NCBI GenBank assembly: GCA_039683575.1 | Contig: JBDKRC010000243.1 | Coordinates: 21,628 to 85,627 of the forward strand | Source of the DNA: Armatimonadia bacterium | GTDB lineage: Bacteria > Armatimonadota > Zipacnadia > Zipacnadales > UBA11051 | DNA length: 64,000 nt | Direction: 5' to 3' | Shown here: positions 9,187 through 19,337 of the stretch, piece by piece | Layout: each line of letters opens with the position of its first letter | Position numbering within the stretch: the stretch's first letter is position 1 | The notes under the pieces: model-generated | Database searches by the model: none | What the model was told of the DNA's origin: nothing | The model's input: the letters and a program-made list of their open reading frames with translations, nothing else | Made by a program: the position numbers and the translations under genes

Positions 9187-11655
9187 TTACTCTCCAATGA
9201 TCTGGTAGCTGCCGCCGCCCTTGCCGCCAAACTTGACCTGTCGGCTCGTGACCTCTGCCGCCTCCAGCGCGCCCGTGCACGTCACAACCGGCGGCGTCTT
9301 GAACGCCGGCGTCAGCGCCACCACCTCGCCCGGCATTGCCGTTCCCGTCAGTACCCGCTGCTGGTCCATATTGGAGCGCGTGTCGTAGGTGTACACTCCC
9401 AGCACGCCCACCGGCCCGTCCACTGCCTCGAGCCGCACGGTGTGCGCGCCGTAGCCCAGCTCCCTGATACCCTTGCGGTTCTCCAGGAACTGCTCCTTGC
9501 CGGCCTGGTCCTTGAACGCCACATTGGCGGGCACGCTCAGCCGCTCCTGGCCGTCCACCGTGATCTTCAGCGTCCCCGGATTCGCCGCGTCAACATACGC
9601 CACTGCCAGATCAGTGCCGACTGCCTGAATGGTCACAGCCTCCCCCGGCTGGAGCATCACTTGCTTGTCCCCAAACGGTGCTCCCCATGCGCTCTGGAAG
9701 GGCTCTACCTTCTTGGCGCCGAGCTGCCAGCGCGGGTTGTCCATGGCCAGGAACTGCCGGTTCGGGGCGATCTTGCAGTCGGCTGCCGTCAGCTTCGGCT
9801 CCGCCCCGCAAATCTCGAGGATATGCCGGTCACCCAGCGACAGCTTCCCATACGCAAAGAGCGAGTTGCGGATGTCACGATTGGCCCCCGTTCGGCAGTC
9901 ACGCTTCTTCTCGCCATCAATGAAGGCCACCGTCTTGGCATCCGCCGTGCTGCCCCAACAGTTCACCGTCGTATCGTCCAGCACCATCATGTTCCCCACG
10001 ATCCGCGGGTTCGGCGCCGTGTAGGTGACGATTTCGCCCTCCCAGCCATAGCTGGTCGGGTACAGCCGCCGCGGCAGCGTCTTCTGCGCGATCCCAGGTG
10101 CGATGGGGTCCGCAACCTCAAACGCCTCTTCCAGTGACTTGAACCAGACATAGTGCCCGGCCGCCTGTGGGTGCCCGTCAGACGGGCAGAGAGCATAGCG
10201 GTTCGCGTAGTTCATGAGCTGGTCAATGCGGTTGCCCATGTCCATGAAGGGGATCTGGTAGTTCAGTGCCAGCTCCATCAAATGCCCGGTGTTCGGCGTA
10301 TACCCTCGCATATTCTGCCACTGGCAGAAGATGAACTCGGTCTCGGGGTAGTTCCGCTGGAACCAGCGGATCGTCGCCTCAAAGATCGCGCCTTCATCCG
10401 GCTGGTCGGTCTTCTCATTGGCGCCACTGCCAAACAGCACAAGGTCCGGTGCAGGGCCCTGGGGCCGCGTGAACAGCGCCGGGTACATCTCCTGCCAGGT
10501 CTTGCCCGCTGGCTGCCCGTTGACCTCAGGGCTCGGCGGCAGGCTAAGCGTCGCATACGCCTCTAGCCCGGAGGTAGCCTCAGATATGCACGATCCGTCG
10601 CAGGCCATGTAGTTGAGCAGCAACTTGTCTGGTGTGTAGTTGAACTTCCGAAGAAGCTCCGTTCGCAGCCGCCCGCCCCACGCGAAGTAATGCCGCCACT
10701 GTCCCACCGTCGCCGTCAGGTCGGGCCGCCCCACGACGTCCCCATTGAAGAGGTCGCCAGCGATTGGCTGCTTGAACTTCGGTGACGCCGGGTCCTCGTC
10801 GTACGCATAGAGTGGCGGGTTGGCGCTGCCGCGGTCAATGCTCGATCCCATCAGGATGATGTGCAGCGGCTCGCCGCGCCACAGCTTGCGCATCGTGCGC
10901 GGGATCATCCGGTATGCCGTCGGAGGCTGGCGCATCTCCTGGAGCCCTGGTGGCGGCGCCGTGGCGCCCTTGGCCAGCGACGGTGCGTAGATCGTGACCT
11001 CGGTGTCCTTGGAGACGTTCGTGAACTCGACCATCAACGCAATCGAGTTGGTCTGGTCATCCCCGGACTCATTCTTATGTATGAAGCTGCCCGGTATCGC
11101 GCAGTTCTCAACCTTGATCTGGAAATCGCCATTGGCCGTTCCCGACTTCGCCTGATAGGACGCCGCCTTCACGAGCTCCCCGCGCGAGTGCTTCGGAAAC
11201 TCGCGCTGGTCGGCCTGGCCAAAGTCGCTCGGCTTCCACTTCCCGGTCTGGCTGTCAATCTTCAGCACATGCACGGCCGCCTGCAGGCTCTCTGGAGCCT
11301 TCTGCTGCCCATAGACCGACAGGCTCACCACGTCTCCGTGCCGCAGGCCGACCTCCGGCAGGAAGATAACCTGGTTCATCCGCTTGCCCGGCTTGAGGGA
11401 TACTACATTACGAGCAAACGTCTGCAGCTTGAGCCCCTCGGCATGCGGCGCCGAGATCACCGTCAAGTCGCTATAGGCGTCTGCGTCCCAACAGGCCACA
11501 TATCCGGCCTTCCACGACGTCGCGGTCGCGGTGCGGCTGTTGTCGAAACAGTGAAAATCGAAATTCGGGTTCACCAGCAAATTCATGGGCGTCTGAGCCT
11601 CCAACGCGGCAACGCTAAAAACCAACAGCACGATCAAAGCAAGCTTGGTAGCCAT
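9187..11655 (-). CDS. secreted SGNH/GDSL hydrolase-family multidomain protein
   Basis: Signal peptide MATKLALIVLL; GSSI block I, GANE block III, DGHP block V; the ORF-track extension upstream runs through a repeat. Confidence 0.75.
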   Translation of the reverse strand: MATKLALIVLLVFSVAALEAQTPMNLLVNPNFDFHCFDNSRTATATSWKAGYVACWDADAYSDLTVISAPHAEGLKLQTFARNVVSLKPGKRMNQVIFLPEVGLRHGDVVSLSVYGQQKAPESLQAAVHVLKIDSQTGKWKPSDFGQADQREFPKHSRGELVKAASYQAKSGTANGDFQIKVENCAIPGSFIHKNESGDDQTNSIALMVEFTNVSKDTEVTIYAPSLAKGATAPPPGLQEMRQPPTAYRMIPRTMRKLWRGEPLHIILMGSSIDRGSANPPLYAYDEDPASPKFKQPIAGDLFNGDVVGRPDLTATVGQWRHYFAWGGRLRTELLRKFNYTPDKLLLNYMACDGSCISEATSGLEAYATLSLPPSPEVNGQPAGKTWQEMYPALFTRPQGPAPDLVLFGSGANEKTDQPDEGAIFEATIRWFQRNYPETEFIFCQWQNMRGYTPNTGHLMELALNYQIPFMDMGNRIDQLMNYANRYALCPSDGHPQAAGHYVWFKSLEEAFEVADPIAPGIAQKTLPRRLYPTSYGWEGEIVTYTAPNPRIVGNMMVLDDTTVNCWGSTADAKTVAFIDGEKKRDCRTGANRDIRNSLFAYGKLSLGDRHILEICGAEPKLTAADCKIAPNRQFLAMDNPRWQLGAKKVEPFQSAWGAPFGDKQVMLQPGEAVTIQAVGTDLAVAYVDAANPGTLKITVDGQERLSVPANVAFKDQAGKEQFLENRKGIRELGYGAHTVRLEAVDGPVGVLGVYTYDTRSNMDQQRVLTGTAMPGEVVALTPAFKTPPVVTCTGALEAAEVTSRQVKFGGKGGGSYQIIGE

Positions 11656-11740
11656 TCCTGGAACCTCAAAGAAGAATTGTCGCCAGACTCTTCGCCGCCC
11701 CAGCATCCAAAGCCTCTCCCGCCAGACACGCACACTATCC

Positions 11741-11823
11741 CGCGTGGTAGGCACACTCCGTGTGCCGGAACTTGGTAGCGTGCCCAGAGGGTGTTCCGGC
11801 ACACGGAGTGTGCCTACCACGCG
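11741..11823. repeat. REPIN-like inverted pair of GTAG REPs
   Basis: Perfect 31-bp inverted repeat (11741-11771 / 11793-11823); each arm contains GTAG followed by GCACACTCCGTGTGCC (internal hairpin GGCACAC-TCC-GTGTGCC). Confidence 0.9.
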
Positions 11824-11846
11824 ACAAGGGACACTTCACGAATGCT

Positions 11847-13658
11847 CTACGACTTGTCCATCACCGGCAGCAGGATACACGATTCCCTCCCCCTGCAGTG
11901 CCATACCACATTCTCAGCCACCCGCATCCGCCTGTCCACACCTAGGGTGCCTCCGGTGTTCGGGTTCACATCAAAGCGCGGGTAGTTGCTGCTCGACACA
12001 TCCACCCTGATTCGGTGGCCCTTGACGAACCGGTTCGCGGTCGGGTACAGCTCAAAGCTGATCCCATAGACCCTACCCGGCTCCGCCAGCGCCTCTTGCT
12101 CGAAGCCGTCGCGGAACCGCAGCCGCAGGATGCTGTCGGCGATGTTCAGTGCGCACCCGTCCGGATAGTTCGGCCCCGGCGGGTACACATCAATGAGCTT
12201 GGCTGTGAAGTCCGTATCCAGCCCGTCTGTCTGCACATAGAGCTTCACCACCAGCGGCCCGGCGATCACGACGTCCTCTTCCAGCGCTGGCGTCTGGAAA
12301 CAAAGCACATCCTGGCGGGCTGATAGGGGCAGCGTCCCTTTGGTGAAGGGGAACCGTGGGTCGTTGCGCTGATCAAACCCGCCCGGCTGGATCGGCAAAG
12401 CCGACAGATTGCCGCCGATGGTCGGCACCGGGTCGCTGGGGTCAAACAGATAGGTCGTCTTGTCATCCTCAGCCGTCGGCGGCTTGGTGGACAGCTCGCC
12501 GTTGCCATGCAGGTAGTAAGCCGTCTCCGTAGCTCCCGGTGGCGGCCAGCTTGCCGCCGTCCGCCATTCCCCTCCGTGCTCAATCGTCTTCCCGATGGCC
12601 TGCATGCCCTCGCCGCCGCCCATGACGAAGTACCGCACCGGCGGCGTCTCGTCGATGCCGGTCGGCAGGTCTTTCAGGAAGCGGTCAAACCACTGCAGCC
12701 TCAGGGTCTCATGGTGCGGAATGGCCCCCTGCGGCCCAAAGGCCAGGTCTCCCGCCGATGGCACGCCGATGCCGCCATGGTGCCACGGCCCCATCATCAG
12801 GCGTACCGGCGACTTTTGCCGCTTGCTCATCGCCATGTAGTTCGTAACCGTCGCTCGGGTGTAGGTGTCATACCAGCCGCCCAGGTACAGCGTCGGCACG
12901 TCCGCATGTTGGTCATACCATGGCTGGGGCCCATAGCCGGGCTGCTGCCAGTACTCGTCGTAGACTACCTTGGTGAGCAGGTCCAGACACCAGCGTTCAT
13001 ACGACGGCACGAGCCTCAGGGGCGTCTCGCCCTCACGGATTGGCTGCGCCCGCACCCAGTCCCAGGTGTTGGCTGCCGCCTCATCCGCCGCGGCCTTGAT
13101 GTTGCAGTCCGCCTGGGCCTCCCGGCTCGTGGTCAGCATGCCGAAGGCGTATACAAAGAAACGCTGTTCCAGCGCGCCGTTATGCCGCATGGAGTGATGA
13201 TAGTAGCTCGACGGCCCGTAGGTCGGGATCATGGCAGCCAGATGCGGCGGGTTCAGCGAGGCCAGCGCCGTCTGTACCGCCGCCTCGTAGGACTGGCCAC
13301 AAGTCCCTATCCGCCCATTGCACCACGGCTGGGCGGCCAGCCACTCAACGGTGTCATACCCATCCGGGCCCTCATGGGCAAAGGCGTAGAATTCGCCTTC
13401 TGACGCCCAGCGCCCCCGGACGTCCTGCGCGGCGAACACGTATCCGCGCTGGGCATAGAAGGCCCCCGTCGCGGCATGGTTGCGCTTGTCATAGGGCGTC
13501 CGCAGCAGCACTACCGGAAACTCTCCCGCGAGCGCCTTCCCATCACGCGCGGGCCGGTACAGGTCAACGGCCAACCTGACCCCATCACGCAAGGGCATCA
13601 TGACATTGCTCTCGGCAATCGACTCAAACTCCGGCGCTGAACAGACGATCTCTGACAT
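11847..13658 (-). CDS. CocE/NonD family hydrolase
   Basis: RDGVRLAVDLY, RTPY, QDVRGR, GQSY nucleophile, GWYD, GPWHHG, SSSNYPRFD; GGGAGAGG RBS before ATG 13658. Confidence 0.93.
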   Translation of the reverse strand: MSEIVCSAPEFESIAESNVMMPLRDGVRLAVDLYRPARDGKALAGEFPVVLLRTPYDKRNHAATGAFYAQRGYVFAAQDVRGRWASEGEFYAFAHEGPDGYDTVEWLAAQPWCNGRIGTCGQSYEAAVQTALASLNPPHLAAMIPTYGPSSYYHHSMRHNGALEQRFFVYAFGMLTTSREAQADCNIKAAADEAAANTWDWVRAQPIREGETPLRLVPSYERWCLDLLTKVVYDEYWQQPGYGPQPWYDQHADVPTLYLGGWYDTYTRATVTNYMAMSKRQKSPVRLMMGPWHHGGIGVPSAGDLAFGPQGAIPHHETLRLQWFDRFLKDLPTGIDETPPVRYFVMGGGEGMQAIGKTIEHGGEWRTAASWPPPGATETAYYLHGNGELSTKPPTAEDDKTTYLFDPSDPVPTIGGNLSALPIQPGGFDQRNDPRFPFTKGTLPLSARQDVLCFQTPALEEDVVIAGPLVVKLYVQTDGLDTDFTAKLIDVYPPGPNYPDGCALNIADSILRLRFRDGFEQEALAEPGRVYGISFELYPTANRFVKGHRIRVDVSSSNYPRFDVNPNTGGTLGVDRRMRVAENVVWHCRGRESCILLPVMDKS

Positions 13659-13745
13659 GGCCTCTCCCTCTCTTGCCACGAATCCCACTCCTCCCTCGCC
13701 GCATCCTCCCCATCCCGCCGTCATCCTGCCCATCCTGACAAGCAC

Positions 13746-15770
13746 TTACACCAGATCCACATCCAGGGCAATCATCCCTCGCGGCGGTACTCGCACATCC
13801 AGGTACTGTCCCTGTGGGTAGATGGGCTTGCCCGGGAAATGCCCCGCGATCCTCACCCCCGCCACCTCTCGCCGCATGTCCACCTTGTCGAGCACATAGA
13901 AATGCGCCTCATTCCCCACCATCAGGCGCACTGTCTTCTCCCCCGTCTCCAGCGCCAGCACTCGCAGGTCTTCCCGCTTGCTCATCACTACCGGCGCCTG
14001 GGTCAGCTCCGTCAGCACGTCCACACACGCCTGCAGGAAGTCATCACTCACCGGCCGGAGGTACAGTTCGTAGAGGTAATTCCCCGGCTCAGGCATGTCC
14101 TCCGGGAGGCTCTCTTCGTCCACCGCGTCAATCACCGGCAGCTTCATCTCTCCGCCACCTAGCACCCCGCAAGCCAACTGCTCCGCCCCCTCACCCTCCG
14201 CAAAGGTCTCGACGCCGTTCGGCATCGCCCCCTGCCGCCCGATCATCACCACCGGCCCCCGGTCATACGCCATGACCGCCGCCAACTCCTCCTGCGCCAG
14301 AAGCTCTGGCCGCGGCACCAGCAGGCACCCGCTCACCTCCCCGAGATCCCGCACATTCGCCACCACCTGCAGCGGCGCCCCGCGCTTCTGCAATTGCCCC
14401 GCGATTTTGTGCGGCGTCAGGTTTCGGTGCTCCATGTAATCCTCAAATCCTGCCTCCAACGCCGCCTCCGACCAAACCACGGTCGCCCCCAGCGGCCGCG
14501 TGGGCTGCGCCTCGTACGCCACCTGCCAGTTCTCCCGCAGCCACTTCCACTGCTCCCTCGTGATGCCGTCTGCCAGACACACCAGCGGTCCTGCCGATGC
14601 ATGCTGCAGTGTGGGCCGGCTGAAGCTCGGCCCCTCCGGCGGCGCCACCACATACATGTGCCCCAGAGTGTATATCTCACGCTCACTGACCGCTGGCGCG
14701 TGGTTGAGTACGTCCCAGTTCTCGGTGGTATCGCCCGTCCCGTTGAGACAAAGCACTGGCGTCTCCGGCAAACAAGCCTTCATGAAGGCCGGCGCGAAGT
14801 TCAGATCGTGCCTCTGATCGATCCGTATCCCGCTCTCCGCCCCAATGGAGCCGCCCGCCCCCACGGTCTCGGCCACAAACCCGTCTACCCCTGCCTTCAC
14901 CAGCCTCCGGTAGTCCACCCCGTACCGGTATAGCGCCCCAAACGGCTCCTGCGTCCAGGCATTGTTGAGCACTACCTCCCGCCCCATGTCATGCAGCGCC
15001 CGGCATATCCTCCCCCAGAACTCCCCAAATCGCCGCGCGTAGAACTCGCACCACTCATGCCGCAGGTTTCTCCAGATATGGTCTGCGCGCTCCTCCCTCG
15101 CAGCGGGCGAGACGCCCGCACTACGCGCCGCAAATGGCAACTCCACTCCCATCATCGCCACGAACTGCTCCACCATGTCATCCGAGTAGTCGGCCACCCA
15201 GATCGGCTGTCGAGGGCTGCTGAACCCGTCCCCGCCGTGATAGCCGTCGAATCCGTAGTCCAGCATCACCGCCGCCACTCGCTCGGCGTAGAAATCCTCG
15301 TAGTAGCTCCCATCTGCAAAGCGCTTCAGGGGGTTCAGGCAATGCGAAGCCGCACCGTCGGCCCGCTCTTCGCAAAGCTCCGGATGCTCGCTGCTCCACG
15401 GGCTGCGGTAGAGCTCCCCGTCCACGAGGCTAACAAACGTATTGAAGACACAGAAGAAGACCTTGATGCCGCGCCGCTGCAACCCTTCAACGAGCCCCTT
15501 AAGCTGCCAGTTGGTCCACTGCTGCCGCTGTCGGTCAAGGTTGTAGGGCCGCCCGGCATACGAGCAGTAGTCAGGCGGGAAAGCCACCTCTTGTTCAAGC
15601 CCGTCATGCGTATGCACGAAATCGGGGCTGTATACGAACAGTGACAGCCCCTCCGGCACAAACCCAGAGTTGTCCAGGAACGCCGCGACGCCATAGTCCG
15701 CGGCTTCACTATCAAAACCGATCAGCTCGATCCACATCCAGCGCTCGCAGTTGGGCTTGATCTCGCTCAT
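13746..15770 (-). CDS. hypothetical protein, possibly a TIM-barrel glycoside hydrolase-like enzyme; carries two in-frame palindrome insertions
   Basis: 674 aa ORF with normal codon bias; YGFDGYHGGDG segment; peptides RSAGVSPA and EGPSFSRP map to repeats. Confidence 0.65.
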   Translation of the reverse strand: MSEIKPNCERWMWIELIGFDSEAADYGVAAFLDNSGFVPEGLSLFVYSPDFVHTHDGLEQEVAFPPDYCSYAGRPYNLDRQRQQWTNWQLKGLVEGLQRRGIKVFFCVFNTFVSLVDGELYRSPWSSEHPELCEERADGAASHCLNPLKRFADGSYYEDFYAERVAAVMLDYGFDGYHGGDGFSSPRQPIWVADYSDDMVEQFVAMMGVELPFAARSAGVSPAAREERADHIWRNLRHEWCEFYARRFGEFWGRICRALHDMGREVVLNNAWTQEPFGALYRYGVDYRRLVKAGVDGFVAETVGAGGSIGAESGIRIDQRHDLNFAPAFMKACLPETPVLCLNGTGDTTENWDVLNHAPAVSEREIYTLGHMYVVAPPEGPSFSRPTLQHASAGPLVCLADGITREQWKWLRENWQVAYEAQPTRPLGATVVWSEAALEAGFEDYMEHRNLTPHKIAGQLQKRGAPLQVVANVRDLGEVSGCLLVPRPELLAQEELAAVMAYDRGPVVMIGRQGAMPNGVETFAEGEGAEQLACGVLGGGEMKLPVIDAVDEESLPEDMPEPGNYLYELYLRPVSDDFLQACVDVLTELTQAPVVMSKREDLRVLALETGEKTVRLMVGNEAHFYVLDKVDMRREVAGVRIAGHFPGKPIYPQGQYLDVRVPPRGMIALDVDLV
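14613..14638 (-). repeat. GGAG-type REP-like palindrome inside CDS
   Basis: + strand GGGCCGGCTGAAGCTCGGCCCCTCCG; copies at 33104-33129 (1 mismatch) and 57124-57149 (identical). Confidence 0.85.
15103..15127 (-). repeat. GTAG-type REP-like palindrome inside CDS
   Basis: Exact reverse complement of 4876-4900. Confidence 0.85.
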
Positions 15771-15936
15771 GGCTGGCCTCGATGTCTCACAAAGATAAGC
15801 CCGGCATCGCTGCCGGGCACATGACTCCGCAGTGGGACGGGCTATACTACGACAACGTGACCTTCAACTCCTGCCCCGCAGAAATAATGATCGGCTGTAC
15901 CATGGCCTCCCCGGGCGGCCACCTGTGCTCTGACGC

Positions 15937-15977
15937 AAAAAAGCAGGCGGCACCTGATGGTCATGTGCCGCCTGCTT
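15937..15977 (-). terminator. intrinsic terminator
   Basis: Stem AAGCAGGCGGCAC / GTGCCGCCTGCTT with U6 tail on the minus strand, downstream of 16018-17007. Confidence 0.85.
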
Positions 15978-16017
15978 GAGGATCAGACCTTGCTGCTGTT
16001 CCCACCGTTATTCCGGC

Positions 16018-17007
16018 TTACTTCCTCCGGGTCTCCATCGTCATCTGCGCGTTCTCGATGCTGGCCGGAATGTGCATCTCCTGGCCGGCCATGGCCGCCG
16101 GTACGGTCAGCATCATCTGCATGTTCTGACAGAGGTTCATCTCGCTGACCGCCACCACGCCAGCCTCAATGTCGAAGTGGTTCACAAACGCCAACGCCAC
16201 GTCCAGGCTCGTGATGTTCACATTCACCGGCATGCCCATCGCTGCGCCGCCGGGCATCTGGCCCTGCGCAGTGAGGCGCGCCTGGCCCTCAATCTTGGCC
16301 ATCCGGCGGCCCTCGACGACCTCGAACCCCGCCAGCTTCATCGTGCTCGCCCCGGTCATGGTCGCCTCGCCCAGCTTAGCCTCGTCCTTGAGCTCCCACG
16401 TGTCTCCGACCTTCACCGCCTGCTCTGGTAGCGCCGAGGTCAGCGCGCCGAGCTTACCGAAGTCAACGCCACCCAGACCGGACGGGTTGAACATCGCGGC
16501 CATGGCTTTGGCCGTCTCGGGGTCCGGTGTGGTTTTGCCCAGTGGGTCCATCGTCATCTTCATCGTCTGCGACAGCATCTGCTGCATCTTCTTCATGTTC
16601 TCATCCAGCGGCTGCACCTGCCCGTTGACCGTCGTGCAGACCGCTCCGTCCTTCCAGGAGACAACCACCTCGGTCGGCTGCCCCATCACCTGCATCGTGG
16701 TCCGGATGGTCATGCAGGGCATCGTCTGCTCGAAATGCCCGCCCTGCGCATCCACGCTCGCGGTCTTTTGCATCATGTCCATTGTCATGTCCATGATGAT
16801 GTCAAAGGCCATGTTCGCCCCGCCCGCTTCAGGGCCGGGGGTGATCGACATCGGCATCGTCCCCGTCCCCTTCATCGCAAGCTCAGCCGTCTGTCCCGGC
16901 ACGAACTTGTAGCGCAGAGTCACTGCCTCATCCTGCGCCCAAACCCCCGTCGCCGTCAGCGCCAACAGCAATACCACCAGCGTGGACAGTCTGCCAGAAT
17001 GCCTCAT
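16018..17007 (-). CDS. secreted Met-rich hypothetical protein (DUF6263-like)
   Basis: GGGAGG RBS, signal peptide VWA-Q, LRYKFVPG and LPEQAVKVGDTW patterns. Confidence 0.65.
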   Translation of the reverse strand: MRHSGRLSTLVVLLLALTATGVWAQDEAVTLRYKFVPGQTAELAMKGTGTMPMSITPGPEAGGANMAFDIIMDMTMDMMQKTASVDAQGGHFEQTMPCMTIRTTMQVMGQPTEVVVSWKDGAVCTTVNGQVQPLDENMKKMQQMLSQTMKMTMDPLGKTTPDPETAKAMAAMFNPSGLGGVDFGKLGALTSALPEQAVKVGDTWELKDEAKLGEATMTGASTMKLAGFEVVEGRRMAKIEGQARLTAQGQMPGGAAMGMPVNVNITSLDVALAFVNHFDIEAGVVAVSEMNLCQNMQMMLTVPAAMAGQEMHIPASIENAQMTMETRRK

Positions 17008-17144
17008 AAGATCCTCCCTATGCGGATCGTGGATACCTTCACCCAGCGGGCAACAACCGATCTCGGCGGCCGTTGCCGTTCGCCGTCTCTGGAACCTGGG
17101 CCCTGTAGCCTGAGCCCCGACAAGATGAAGATGATCCTTAGACA

Positions 17145-18029
17145 CTATACGAACATAAATGGTTGCGTCCAAGCCTTGCGACCTGCCGGATCAACTACCT
17201 CCACCCGCACCATCTCCCAGGCCTCCGGAACCGTGAACTGCACCTCAGTGAAGGGACCAACCTGTCCGTTCCGATGCGTAGTCATGCCCACTCCGGGCCT
17301 CGGGTTAACGAGCCGCACCTCCTGGGCCGGTGAGCACTTGATCCGGAGACTCCGCCCTGCGATCTCTACCGCCTCTATAGACGGTCCATTGCTCGCATAG
17401 AATCGGCCTTTTTTCACAGCCGCCAGAATTGCGTCCTCCGTGCACTGCTCCGCCTTCACCATGACCCACCCGCCGAGAGCGTCCGGATAGTGCCAGTGCG
17501 CGTCATCCACGGCCAGTCCCAACGGCTGCTGCCCGCGCGCCCATAGCTCATCCCATTGCACCGACGATTCCCCCCGTCCGATCCCCCGGTGACAAGTGGG
17601 GTTGTAGACCTCGATGCCAAGGTGTCCCCGCAGCGGCAGCAGGTCCGTATAGGTGAGTGAACTCCAGCTCGGATGCGCAACCCAGCACACTTCGCCGACG
17701 CTCAAGGCGGCGTCAATGATCTCCTGAACCGGCATATCGGTGGTGCACGGCACCGCCGCTGACAGGCCCAGGGCCACAACATGGTAATGCTGCCCCAGTT
17801 CCGCCCGCCCGCCGTTGATCTCGCTGCCGGGGATCAGCAACATCCCGTGACCATCCAGCCCTGACGGATCGGTGAGCTTGTTGTGGTCGGTAATAGCCAG
17901 GAAGTCATAGCCGTGCTCCGCATAGATGTCCGCAATCTGCTGCGGGCTAGGCTCCCCATCCGATTCATTGCTATGGGTGTGCAAATTGCCCTTGAACCAC
18001 TGACCGGCCGCGGCGAATGCGTTTTCCAT
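17145..18029 (-). CDS. PHP-domain metallohydrolase (CehA/McbA-like)
   Basis: WFKGNLHTHS..SDG, YDFLAITDHN, AHP, IEVYN, DDAH motifs. Confidence 0.9.
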   Translation of the reverse strand: MENAFAAAGQWFKGNLHTHSNESDGEPSPQQIADIYAEHGYDFLAITDHNKLTDPSGLDGHGMLLIPGSEINGGRAELGQHYHVVALGLSAAVPCTTDMPVQEIIDAALSVGEVCWVAHPSWSSLTYTDLLPLRGHLGIEVYNPTCHRGIGRGESSVQWDELWARGQQPLGLAVDDAHWHYPDALGGWVMVKAEQCTEDAILAAVKKGRFYASNGPSIEAVEIAGRSLRIKCSPAQEVRLVNPRPGVGMTTHRNGQVGPFTEVQFTVPEAWEMVRVEVVDPAGRKAWTQPFMFV

Positions 18030-18102
18030 GCTTCATCCCTCTCACGAGAGTAGTCTTCTGTCTCCCTATTCCCACCCGATCCTGGAGCACCTCTGCTCCG
18101 AT

Positions 18103-19107
18103 TCATATCGCCTCCAGGTCCTTATACTCAAACACCCCCGACATCGCCCGGCTGGTGGTCGAAAACCCCGCCTCCTCCGCTGCTGCTATGGGGTTCAGCC
18201 CCGCGCAGATCACGAACCCCATGCGATCCACGCCCACGTCCATCTCGAGCAGCGGACGGCTCTCCGCTCCAATCGCGATCACTCCCTTGAGCCGCCATGC
18301 CGCCACAGCGTCTACGAGGCGCATTACGTGGTCCCGCGCGAGCGCCGGGCACACCCGGAAGCCGGCCCCGACCTTCCCCCGCCCTGTGCTGATCGCCTGC
18401 CCGACCGAACTCGCCTTACCCTTGATGAAAACCTCCACCGGGTCAATCGAGGTCCCCCCATACCGGATGATGTCAGTAAACCGCACGGGCTCGTAGCCAG
18501 CGATTTCCAGGAGGCCCCCAAACTCCGACTGCACCGGGATGCCATGGCTGAGCAAGATTCCGTTCAGAGTCACTGCTGACACCGTCCCCAGCCCGATCAT
18601 CCCCCGCGGGATCACCTGATCCATGATCTTCTGCCCCGGGTTGAACACCGCCACGAGATCGCTCGTGGCATAGCGGGACAGAAAGGCCGGCCGCATCACC
18701 TTCATGGCCTGGTCAAACTCCGTCTGGCGAAACAGCGACAGGTTAATGACAATCTTCCCGGCTCCCTGCTCGAGGCTGAACTGCGTCAAGTAGGCCAGGG
18801 TCTCGATGCGCGCGAAAGTCAGGGCCACCTGGTCCGCCACGCGCGCGTTCGCGAGCTCGGCCTTCCCCGCCTCGGTAAGCTGCCGCCCCGCTCGTCCCAG
18901 GTTCTCCGTCATCCCCAGTGCATCGAGCGCCTGAAGATGGTATCTGATCGCCCTTTCGGTCAGTTCAATGCCATGCGTTTGCAGCGCTCGGGCGATGGTG
19001 CTGCCCCCCAGGGGGCCGCCGTGTTCGCCAAGCACACGAAGTATTGCGAATTCCTTCCGCCCAATTTCCGGCAAGATAGGCCTCCTAAGTGGCTTTTCCA
19101 CAACCAT
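18103..19107 (-). CDS. nrpR: NrpR-family nitrogen repressor (wHTH plus single NRD/DUF128 domain)
   Basis: LTERAIRYHL wHTH, TLNGILL..GIPV, FGGLLEI, RFTDIIRYGGTSIDP, GLNPIAAAEEAG; divergent from glutamate synthase genes. Confidence 0.88.
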   Translation of the reverse strand: MVVEKPLRRPILPEIGRKEFAILRVLGEHGGPLGGSTIARALQTHGIELTERAIRYHLQALDALGMTENLGRAGRQLTEAGKAELANARVADQVALTFARIETLAYLTQFSLEQGAGKIVINLSLFRQTEFDQAMKVMRPAFLSRYATSDLVAVFNPGQKIMDQVIPRGMIGLGTVSAVTLNGILLSHGIPVQSEFGGLLEIAGYEPVRFTDIIRYGGTSIDPVEVFIKGKASSVGQAISTGRGKVGAGFRVCPALARDHVMRLVDAVAAWRLKGVIAIGAESRPLLEMDVGVDRMGFVICAGLNPIAAAEEAGFSTTSRAMSGVFEYKDLEAI

Positions 19108-19191
19108 TTTTGCCGTATAACCGGAATAAGACCAGGAAGCGGCGGCTACCGCAAGCCCGTAACCACGCCACTAATTGCCGCTAAGCTGCTC

Positions 19192-19220
19192 TTGAAACCG
19201 ATCTGCAACCCGATTATAGT
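19192..19220 (+). promoter_or_regulatory. sigma70-type promoter of the glutamate synthase operon
   Basis: TTGAAA (19192-19197), 17 nt spacer, TATAGT (19215-19220). Confidence 0.7.
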
Positions 19221-19222
19221 AC

Positions 19223-19250
19223 GGAACCACGCTTCCGGCAATGAGTTTCC
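19223..19250. promoter_or_regulatory. tandem NrpR operators
   Basis: GGAA-CCACGC-TTCC (19223-19236, perfect GGAAN6TTCC) directly followed by GGCA-ATGAGT-TTCC (19237-19250, 1 mismatch), over the predicted transcription start. Confidence 0.8.
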
Positions 19251-19337
19251 TTGCGAGGAAGCAGAAACCAGATCCGCATCGCTCGCTACCTGGGCATCGC
19301 AACGCGATCGCCCTTCAGCCAAAACAGGATCACGATC

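Noticed and set aside
11656-11820. N-terminal extension of the 877-aa ORF (and similar extensions of ORFs at 34693, 40314, 49621, 51026, 54436 and 55641)
   Set aside because: They run through intergenic repeats or upstream genes; downstream ATGs fit RBS, signal peptide or family start better
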